Shown here piece by piece: positions 1 through 7,196 of a stretch of DNA of 10,556 nt; positions within the stretch are counted from its first letter, which is position 1; every line of letters starts with the position of its first letter. The notes under the pieces are model-generated. The model worked only from the letters and a program-made list of their open reading frames with translations, was not told the origin of the DNA and searched no databases. The DNA comes from Candidatus Fermentibacteraceae bacterium (lineage in GTDB: Bacteria; Fermentibacterota; Fermentibacteria; Fermentibacterales; JCC-6), in contig JAWLEP010000030.1 in the NCBI GenBank assembly GCA_041686025.1, positions 24,834 to 35,389 on the forward strand. The letters run 5' to 3'. A program made the translations under genes and the position numbers.

Positions 1-2
1 AG

Positions 3-3000
3 ACGCTATGGCAGAGCAAGATAAGAAACAGAGACTTCAGCGGCTGCATGGCCCTCCTCGACCGGGTGGACAGGCAGACCGAGAACCGGATGATGGAGAG
101 CCTGGAGAACGCCGCCCGCACCGCCGAGAGGTTTGCCGGCGACAGGCTGCTGGAGGGGGACATCGACAGGTTCCTGGCCTGGGCCGTGGGCCTGCAGAGG
201 CAGGGGCGCAAGGAGGAGGCCCTCAAGACGCTGCTGAAAGCGGCCGAGAGGGCGCAGAGGCCGGACGACCGCATTCCCGTGCTCATCGAGTGGATAGCCA
301 CCCGGGACACGGGGAGGGACCCCGAGGCGGTCCTGTACCTGGTGCGCGTGTACATGGTTATGGACAACGTGGAGAACGCCATCCTCAACCTTCCCGACCT
401 CCTGGATGCGGACCAGGAGATACTGGAGCAGGCGATATCCGTGGTGGAGAAGGACCTGGTGCCCAGGGACTTCGGGAAGCGCTCGCGGGTGTACCTGGGC
501 CGTCTGATGGCGGCGGCCGGCAGGATAGAGGACGCCTGCCGGGTCCTGGAGAAGCTGCTGGAGGAGGAGGAGCTGGGGGCGGACGTGAACAACGCCATGA
601 GGGAGCTGGCGGACCGCGCTCCCGACAGCCCCCGGCCGCAGCTCCTGCAGGCCAGGCTGAAGAAGATCAGGGGCGAGACCACCGCCGCCATGGACGCCCT
701 GAAGGCGGCCTTCAAGTCCGCCGGGGACGAGGCCGGCGGAGAGCTGGTGGAGGTGGCCGGGGACTTCCTGGAGAACGACCTGGACCGCAACGACGAGATA
801 GCGCATCTGCTGGCGAGGCACCTCACCGCCAAGGGGTCGATATCGGACGCCGTCCAGTCCCTGATAAGGCTGGTGGAAAGCGACACGGAGTGGGTAACCG
901 CCAGGCTGCAGGAGCTGCTCAAGCGCGACAAGAGCCACGCCGAGACCCTCTCGCTGCTGGCCATCGCCATGCTTCTGGAGGGCAGGGAGGCCCAGGCGGA
1001 CGCCGCCATCAGCCATCTCATCCGCCGCAGGGACACCAAGTCACGCCAGGACATCCTCCAGGTGCTGAACCACTTCGATGATCTGATGCAGTCACATCCC
1101 AGGCTGCGCAAGGTAAGGGCCAAGATCCGCATGGAGTCCGGCAACGAGGGCGCCGCCGCCATGGACTGGATGGAGATCCTCCTGGACGGGGGCGAGGTGC
1201 CCCAGAGCGGTCTTCTGCAGATACTGGACGAGAGCCTGCCGGAGAAGATGGCGGACAGGATCGCCCAGTCCTCCTTCCAGCCCCAGGGGCCCCTGGAGAG
1301 CATGGTGGCGGGCATAGCGGCCGTTAAGCAGGGCGCCTACTCCCGGGCCGGCCACCTGCTGGCGGTGGCGGCCCAGGAGCCGTCGCTGGCCGAGCGGGCG
1401 GCCGAGCAGGTGGCAGTTCTGCCCGACGAGGCCCTGGACTCCATGGACCTCGAGGAGTTACTGCCGCTGTTCACCAGCGGAGGCGCCGCCCGCCACGCCG
1501 CGGACATCATGATGAGAACCCGGGGGGACGAGCCGTGGAGGCTGTCTCTGATACCCAGGCTGCAGTGGGGCGAGCCCTCCAGGGAGCTGCTGTTCAGGCT
1601 GCGGGCCTACATCCGCGAGGGCAGAGTAGCCCTGGCGGGCTCCGCCGCCGACGACCTGGAGGTGGAGGACGAGGCCCTCACCTCCCTTGCCGGGGGCTGT
1701 GCGGCCATGGCCGCCGGCAGGGGCGAGAAGGCCCTGGAGTCTCTGGAGGCCTCGGTGGCGGACAGGCGAACCAGCTCCCTGGCGCGCAGCGTAATAGAGG
1801 ATGGGATGGAGAGCGGCGTCGCTCCCAGGATAGGGGCCGGCGTCCTCAGGGCCAGGACCTACGAGACCGAGCAGGATACCGCCAGCATAGCCGAGAGCCT
1901 CCGGCCGGTGGCCGAGAGCCCGGAGGCGCTGGAGGAGCTGCGCCGCATCGTGGAGGACAATCCCGCAGCCCCCGAGCCACTGGGGCTGCTGGTGGACAGC
2001 CTTGCCGAGAGGGGCGAGGTGGACGAGATGCTCAAGAGAGCGCCGGCCCTTCTGGACGTGGAGCCGGGAAGGGCCCAGCACGTGATGGAGATGGCCGAGC
2101 GTCTGGGCAGGCAGAAGGGCAACGGCAGGCTCCTGGCCTACGCCGCCAGCCTCTCCGACGCTCACCACCTCTCCCGGGACCCCGAGGGGCTGCTTACGGA
2201 GGCGGTGCTGGCCGAGCCCGAGATCGCCGGGTCGCTGATGAACCGCAAGGGCGCCGGGCCCGCCTTCCGTGCGCTGTGCGCCCTGGCCTCCGGCGACGCC
2301 GCCACCTTCAGCGGCATCCTCAGGCGCCGGGAGGGGCTGGAGCTCCCCATCAGCGAGGGCATCATCGACGAGGCGATGAAGAAATGGCGTCCCGGCAAGG
2401 ACGACGAGGCACTGAGCCTGCTTTCGGACAAGGCGCTGGAAGCCGGTTACACCGAGCGCGCCGAGGCCATACTCTCCGAGATGGCGGGCAAGGGAATAGG
2501 CGCCTGGAAGACCAGGGCGGCCGAGCACCTTCTGGAGAAGGCCCTGGGGGGCGAGCTTCCCCGCAGAGCCTTCTGGGAGTCCGTGCGGGACCCCGAGGCT
2601 ATTCGAAGCGCAGTCTCCCGGGGCCTGGCCTCCGATCTGGACAGCGCCGACAGGGAGACCGTATCGGCCATCCTGACGGCGGTGACAAACTCCTCGCTCC
2701 GCCCCCAGGAGCTGCTGGACTTCGCCCGCAGCCTCCGGGAGACCGGCAGGGAGGATGTGGAGCAGGGACTCCGTCAGATAGCCGAACGCTGCTACGAGGT
2801 GGCTCAGAGCGACCGCTCGCCGGGATCCGTGAACCGGACCGAGCTCATCGCCCTCCTTCTGGAGGTGGGCATGATCCCCAGGGCCTCCAGGATGGCCCTG
2901 GAGAGCGGAAGCGACGAGGTCCTGCAGAAGGTCCGCCAGGGCCTGGAGGCCCACAGGAGGGCCAACGCCGGCAAAGGCCCGGAAGGCGCGGAGGCCCTTC

Positions 3001-3320
3001 TGCTGGCGGGGGATGCCCGCAGGGCCCTGGAGGCGCTGGGGCCCAGGACGGAGGAGGACGGCGCCAGGACCGAGGACCTTCGGGCCAGGGCCCTGTGGAG
3101 GCTGGGAAAGATGGATGCAGCCAGGGGCATATGGCTGTCGGCCTATCGACGCACCGGAGATGGCCTGCTTCTGGCCAGGCTGGCCTGGGCGCTGAAGGCC
3201 GGCGGCAGGGGCATGGAGACAAGGGCCGTTCAGCGGCTTTTGGCCAGCCGTCATCCGGAGATGGCCACCAGGGCGCCCGGCCAGGGCTCCGGAGGTAGCC
3301 TCGACACGCTTTCACCATAG
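3..3320 (+). CDS. Very large TPR-like alpha-solenoid protein, probably 5'-truncated (>=1105 aa visible); function unknown
   Basis: The frame of the 48..3320 ORF has no stop back to the window edge (TLWQSKIRNRDFSGC-MALLD...) and no SD precedes ATG48, so the true start is probably upstream. Strong GC3 bias. Recurrent TPR-like helix pairs: WAVGLQRQGRKEEALKTLLKA, YLGRLMAAAGRIEDACRVLEKLL, APDSPRPQLLQARLKKIRGETTAAMDAL, NPAAPEPLGLLVDSLAERGEVDEML, LRARALWRLGKMDAARGIW. No TM segment or catalytic motif seen. Stop TAG 3318-3320. Confidence 0.8.
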   Translation, partial: TLWQSKIRNRDFSGCMALLDRVDRQTENRMMESLENAARTAERFAGDRLLEGDIDRFLAWAVGLQRQGRKEEALKTLLKAAERAQRPDDRIPVLIEWIATRDTGRDPEAVLYLVRVYMVMDNVENAILNLPDLLDADQEILEQAISVVEKDLVPRDFGKRSRVYLGRLMAAAGRIEDACRVLEKLLEEEELGADVNNAMRELADRAPDSPRPQLLQARLKKIRGETTAAMDALKAAFKSAGDEAGGELVEVAGDFLENDLDRNDEIAHLLARHLTAKGSISDAVQSLIRLVESDTEWVTARLQELLKRDKSHAETLSLLAIAMLLEGREAQADAAISHLIRRRDTKSRQDILQVLNHFDDLMQSHPRLRKVRAKIRMESGNEGAAAMDWMEILLDGGEVPQSGLLQILDESLPEKMADRIAQSSFQPQGPLESMVAGIAAVKQGAYSRAGHLLAVAAQEPSLAERAAEQVAVLPDEALDSMDLEELLPLFTSGGAARHAADIMMRTRGDEPWRLSLIPRLQWGEPSRELLFRLRAYIREGRVALAGSAADDLEVEDEALTSLAGGCAAMAAGRGEKALESLEASVADRRTSSLARSVIEDGMESGVAPRIGAGVLRARTYETEQDTASIAESLRPVAESPEALEELRRIVEDNPAAPEPLGLLVDSLAERGEVDEMLKRAPALLDVEPGRAQHVMEMAERLGRQKGNGRLLAYAASLSDAHHLSRDPEGLLTEAVLAEPEIAGSLMNRKGAGPAFRALCALASGDAATFSGILRRREGLELPISEGIIDEAMKKWRPGKDDEALSLLSDKALEAGYTERAEAILSEMAGKGIGAWKTRAAEHLLEKALGGELPRRAFWESVRDPEAIRSAVSRGLASDLDSADRETVSAILTAVTNSSLRPQELLDFARSLRETGREDVEQGLRQIAERCYEVAQSDRSPGSVNRTELIALLLEVGMIPRASRMALESGSDEVLQKVRQGLEAHRRANAGKGPEGAEALLLAGDARRALEALGPRTEEDGARTEDLRARALWRLGKMDAARGIWLSAYRRTGDGLLLARLAWALKAGGRGMETRAVQRLLASRHPEMATRAPGQGSGGSLDTLSP

Positions 3321-3382
3321 TGCACAAGGGTTTGGAGATAGAGATAGCATGAATCGCAAACACAGATCACCGGGAGTTGCAG

Positions 3383-4954
3383 ATGGCTGAGAACGGGAAC
3401 GGGAAGAAGGAAAGTCCATCCACCGAGGAGCTCCTGAAGGCACTCGGCCAGGCCATATACCAGCAGGGCAGGCACGTGAAGGCTATAGCCGAGAACGTGG
3501 AGAAGCTGGAGAAGGCCGTAACCGGTGATCTGATGGAGAAGCTGGACACCATAGCAGGGGCCATAGGGGAGATACCGGCGGCCGGGACCGAAGCGCCCGC
3601 CCCGGCCGGTGGGGAAGCCGGCTCCGGTGAAGGGGAGGATTCCCGGGATGTGGCGCCCCCGGCAGGCGCCGAGGAGCTGCTGGAGGCCACGCAGGCCATA
3701 CAGGCCTCCGTCCAGTCCGGGTTCGGGGGACTGGAGGAGATATCGAACAAGCTGGACTCCCTGCTGGAGGTAGTCTCCGGGCGGGGAGAGCAGGTTGAGG
3801 GCCTGAGCGAGGGCCTGAAGGAGCTCCATGGCGCACTGAAGGACCTCCATGGTGCCATGGAGGATCTCCCGGAGGCCGTGGAGGGCATGAGGGCCTACCT
3901 CACCGGCGGCGACTCCGAGAGCCTGGATGAGGCCCTGGAGTCCCGGATGGCCGATCTGGGGGAGACCCTGAAGAAGGGCCTGTCGGACCTGGAGGAGCTG
4001 ATAGGCGGAGGCTCGGAGCTCCTTGGCGAGAAGCTGTCCGTGCTGCAGACCCTCAAGGAGGGCCTGGACAAGGTGGGAGAGACCGCGGCCGCCGTGCGGG
4101 AGGGCCTCTCCGGCATGGAGGAGTCCGTACCCGGTCTGGCCGAGAAGCTGGATGCCCTGTCCGGGCAGGTGAAGGAGGGCTCGGAAGCCCTGCGCGAATC
4201 CATGGACAGCCTGCCGGAGAAGAACCGTGAGCTTCTCGACGAGCAGATGAAGGGCGTCAGGGAGACCGTGGACAGGCTCCCCGAGGCCGTGGAGAAGATG
4301 GGCGAGAGCCTGGGCGAGCGCATCGGCGAGCTGGACAGGGATACCACCGGGAAGGTGGAGGAGATATCCGCTGCCGTATCCGAGAGCGGGGAGAGGCTCT
4401 CCGCCATGGAGGAGAACATCAGGACGGCGGCGGAGACCCAGCAGCAGCAGCTGGGCGAGATGACCGAGCTGCTCCAGACCCACCGCGACACCGTCAGGGA
4501 GTCGCAGGTGGACGATCTCAACCGCCAGGCCATCAACCACTACGGCAACGGCGAGTACGACCTGGCCCTGGAGGCCCTGGAGAGGGCGCGGGAGATCCAG
4601 GAGGACCGCCCGGAGATACTGGCCAACCTGGGCCACGTGTACGCGGCGCTGGGCGAGATGGACAAGGCCGAGGCCAGCTTCCGCGGCGCCCTGGAGGCGG
4701 ACCCGGAGCTGGAGCCCGCCCTCAGCGGCCTGGGCGCGCTTCTGGTCACCGACGGCAGACCCGACGAGACCATAGAGTTCCTGCGCAGCTTCGTGGAGGA
4801 TGCTGAGCCCTCCGGCGGCGTACTGCTGGCGTACACCAGGGCGCTGGCGGCCCGGGGCAGCCACGCCAGGGCCGTGGAGCTGCTCAGGAAGGCCCTGCAG
4901 ACGGATCCGGGCAACCCCGAGATCGAAGAGGAGCTGGGCAGGTACACCGACTGA
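3383..4954 (+). CDS. Acidic coiled-coil/amphipathic-helix protein with about 4 C-terminal TPR motifs (523 aa)
   Basis: SD-like GGGAG at 3372-3376 lies 6 nt before ATG3383, preferred over TTG3377. Long E/L/G-rich heptad region follows a Pro/Ala/Gly linker (~3575-3670). Canonical TPRs from ~4511: LNRQAINHYGNGEYDLALEALERAREIQEDRPEILANLGHVYAALGEMDKAEASFRGALEADPELEPALSGLG ... AVELLRKALQTDPGNPEIEEEL. No signal peptide or TM helix. Confidence 0.85.
   Translation: MAENGNGKKESPSTEELLKALGQAIYQQGRHVKAIAENVEKLEKAVTGDLMEKLDTIAGAIGEIPAAGTEAPAPAGGEAGSGEGEDSRDVAPPAGAEELLEATQAIQASVQSGFGGLEEISNKLDSLLEVVSGRGEQVEGLSEGLKELHGALKDLHGAMEDLPEAVEGMRAYLTGGDSESLDEALESRMADLGETLKKGLSDLEELIGGGSELLGEKLSVLQTLKEGLDKVGETAAAVREGLSGMEESVPGLAEKLDALSGQVKEGSEALRESMDSLPEKNRELLDEQMKGVRETVDRLPEAVEKMGESLGERIGELDRDTTGKVEEISAAVSESGERLSAMEENIRTAAETQQQQLGEMTELLQTHRDTVRESQVDDLNRQAINHYGNGEYDLALEALERAREIQEDRPEILANLGHVYAALGEMDKAEASFRGALEADPELEPALSGLGALLVTDGRPDETIEFLRSFVEDAEPSGGVLLAYTRALAARGSHARAVELLRKALQTDPGNPEIEEELGRYTD
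3815..3877 (+). repeat. In-frame 21-bp tandem repeat (3 units) encoding heptads LKELHGA/LKDLHGA/MEDLPEA
   Basis: CTGAAGGAGCTCCATGGCGCA (3815-3835) and CTGAAGGACCTCCATGGTGCC (3836-3856) match at 18/21; third unit ATGGAGGATCTCCCGGAGGCC (3857-3877) is more diverged. Confidence 0.75.
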
Positions 4955-4955
4955 C

Positions 4956-7196
4956 ATGACAAGACCTCTGCAGATATTCTCGGCGGCGCTGCTCTGCGCC
5001 CTTGTCGTCATCGCCGCATGCCGGCGGGTATCGGAGGATCCCCCCCCGGAGCTCACCGACGCGCAGAGGTGCTCCCTCTACAGCAGCGAGGCGGACGCGG
5101 CGCTGGCGGCGGGAGCCCCCGAGGCCGCCTGCAGCCTGCTGGTGGAGGCGGCGCTGCTGGCCGACAGCGGCAGCCGGCTGCGCGGCGGGCTGGTGGCCAG
5201 GGCGGATTCCCTGGCCCGCCCCCCGGCCCCCATGCTGGCCGTGCTGCTCCTGGAGGGGCCGCCGGACTCCTCCACCGCCCTTCGGGCCCTGTTCCTCGGC
5301 GGCGCCTTCGTGGCAGGCGAGGTGACCGCCGGCCTGCAGCGGGGGCAGTGGCCGCTGCCGGAGTACGTTGCCCTGCTGGCCGCGGACTCCCTGGTCTCGG
5401 CCGGCAGGTACGCCGCGGCGCTGGACCTGCTGAGAGGCGTGCCGGATACACTCCCCAAGGCGGCTGACTCCAGAAGGAGGCTTCTCCTGGCCGCCTCGCA
5501 CCTCAACGCCGGCAGCGCCGATACGGCGGGAGCGCTTCTGGCCCGGGCCCTGGATGAAGATGAGGACGAGCTGGCCTCGGCGATACTGAACGCCCGGGCG
5601 CTGTGGCTGCGCCGACGGGGAGTGCGGGGCTGGCGGGACGATCTGGTCCGGTCCTTCCGCCTCTGGCCGGCGGGAGACATGCATGCCGAGGCGTTCAGGC
5701 TCATGCTCCCCGACCTGCTGGAGGACAGCTCGCTGGCCTCCAGTGTGGCCGACCCCTTCTACTCGGGCGGGCTTTGGAACGAGCTCTACCAGATGGCCCG
5801 CCTGGCGGAAAACCCGCCCGCCCACCTGTACTACCTGGCCGCCAGGACCCGCGACCGGCTGGGCTTCTACGGCCAGGCGGAGGGCATGCTCGAGCGCTAC
5901 CTGGAGACCTGGCCGGACGGTGAGGACGCCCCCCTGGCCCTCATCTACCTGGGGCTGGACAGGGCCCGGATGGGCGAAACCGACGCCGGTCTGGCCTGCT
6001 TCGACCTCTTCGAGAGCCGGCATCCCGGCAACCGGCGCATGGGCAACCTGCCCTGGTACAGGGGCAGCGTACTGGCCGACGCCGAACGCTGGGAGGAGTC
6101 CATTCCCCACTTCCGCCGCACCCTGCAGCGGTACCCGGACAACGTCACCGCCGACGACGCGCATCTCTACCTCTGCCTGGCCCTGATGGAGACCGAAAGG
6201 TTCGGGGAGGCGGTGGAGGAGCTGGAGAGGTTCACCCGCCGCTGGAACCGAAGCGTCTACCTCGACGCGGCCCGCTACTGGCTGGGCCGGCTGCGGCTGG
6301 AGACGGGCCTGCCCGGGGGCAGGGAGGAGCTGGAGGGACTGGTCTCCGATTCCCCCCACAGCCTGCCGGCCAGCTACGCCCGGCGCCTGATGGGGCTCCC
6401 GGCCTGGCGTCCGGAGCACACCGACGAGCCCCTGGAGGACTGGATGTCGCGCAACGGCCTGGAGCCGGCCGGCCCCCCCCCGGCGGCGCTGCGGGGCAGA
6501 GCCCTGGTGGATGCGGGGCTGCGGAGCTGGGGAGTGGCCGAGATGCGAAGGGCCGAGGACGTGCTGGGAAGCCCGGCGCCCCTGGGCCCATTCTACCTGG
6601 CCGGCGGGATATGGGAGAGGATGCCCTCCGCCGCCTGGAGGATGTGGAGCCTGGCCGACGACGGGACCCGGCCCCTGGAGCTGTGGAAGCTGCGCTACCC
6701 CGAGGCCTGGCCCCACATAGTGGTTCCGGTGTGCCGCAGGTGGGGGTTCGACCCCCTGCTGGCCTGGGCGATAATGAAGCAGGAGAGCGCCTTTCAGCCG
6801 GCATGCTACTCCACCGCCGGCGCCCGGGGTCTTATTCAGATGATACCCAGCACCTCCGAGTACGTGGCCCGGGAGAACGGCTGGGGCAACTACAGCCCCG
6901 ACCGGCTCTACCGCCCGGAGGTCTCCCTGGAGTACGGCATATCCTACCTCTCGGGCGTGGCCGCCGACCTGGGGCACCTGCACTTTACGCTGGCGGGCTA
7001 CAACGGCGGCCCCCACAACGCCGCCAGATGGGGGGCGGGGAAGGTGAGCCCCGCGATGTTCTTCAGCAGGATCACCTTCAACGAGACCAAGCGCTACACC
7101 GAGATCGTGGCCCACAACTACGACGTGTACCGGGCGATATACCCCCACCGCTCCCTGGAGATGGCCTGCTGTCCGGACTGGAGCCGGGCCTTCTAG
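4956..7196 (+). CDS. TPR-containing lytic murein transglycosylase (Slt70-like SLT/GH23 domain), predicted lipoprotein (746 aa)
   Basis: ATG4956 lies 1 nt after the upstream TGA (TGA-C-ATG). N-terminus MTRPLQIFSAALLCALVVIAAC has an h-region and lipobox IAA-C22. Central TPRs of BamD/CpoB style (RYLETWPDGEDAPLALIYLG; TLQRYPDNVTADDAHLYL; YLDAARYWLGR). SLT motifs: LRYP, AIMKQESAF (catalytic Glu at 6783-6785), STAGARGLIQMIPST, AGYNGGPHNAARW, ITFNETKRYTEIV. Confidence 0.9.
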   Translation: MTRPLQIFSAALLCALVVIAACRRVSEDPPPELTDAQRCSLYSSEADAALAAGAPEAACSLLVEAALLADSGSRLRGGLVARADSLARPPAPMLAVLLLEGPPDSSTALRALFLGGAFVAGEVTAGLQRGQWPLPEYVALLAADSLVSAGRYAAALDLLRGVPDTLPKAADSRRRLLLAASHLNAGSADTAGALLARALDEDEDELASAILNARALWLRRRGVRGWRDDLVRSFRLWPAGDMHAEAFRLMLPDLLEDSSLASSVADPFYSGGLWNELYQMARLAENPPAHLYYLAARTRDRLGFYGQAEGMLERYLETWPDGEDAPLALIYLGLDRARMGETDAGLACFDLFESRHPGNRRMGNLPWYRGSVLADAERWEESIPHFRRTLQRYPDNVTADDAHLYLCLALMETERFGEAVEELERFTRRWNRSVYLDAARYWLGRLRLETGLPGGREELEGLVSDSPHSLPASYARRLMGLPAWRPEHTDEPLEDWMSRNGLEPAGPPPAALRGRALVDAGLRSWGVAEMRRAEDVLGSPAPLGPFYLAGGIWERMPSAAWRMWSLADDGTRPLELWKLRYPEAWPHIVVPVCRRWGFDPLLAWAIMKQESAFQPACYSTAGARGLIQMIPSTSEYVARENGWGNYSPDRLYRPEVSLEYGISYLSGVAADLGHLHFTLAGYNGGPHNAARWGAGKVSPAMFFSRITFNETKRYTEIVAHNYDVYRAIYPHRSLEMACCPDWSRAF

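Noticed and set aside
6..3298. Long alternative ORFs over gene 1 (8..1081 +, 6..1016 -, 1458..3254 -, 1535..3298 +)
   Set aside because: G/R/P/A-rich or antisense-mirror translations typical of stop-poor shadow frames in high-GC DNA; the 3..3320 frame has the GC3 bias and TPR patterns.
3321..3382. Internal promoter and GAGATA-GAGATA direct repeat in the AT-richer spacer
   Set aside because: TAGCAT (3345-3350) is a possible -10 but the -35 is poor, and a 6-bp doublet is too short to be significant.
3680..4500. Methyl-accepting chemotaxis signalling domain in gene 2
   Set aside because: Heptad pattern is similar but the hairpin-tip motif (LLALNAAIEAARAGE.GRGFAVVA) is absent.
3251..5056. 601-aa minus-strand ORF
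   Set aside because: Antisense shadow of the coiled-coil-TPR gene; L/Q/H-rich with no motifs.
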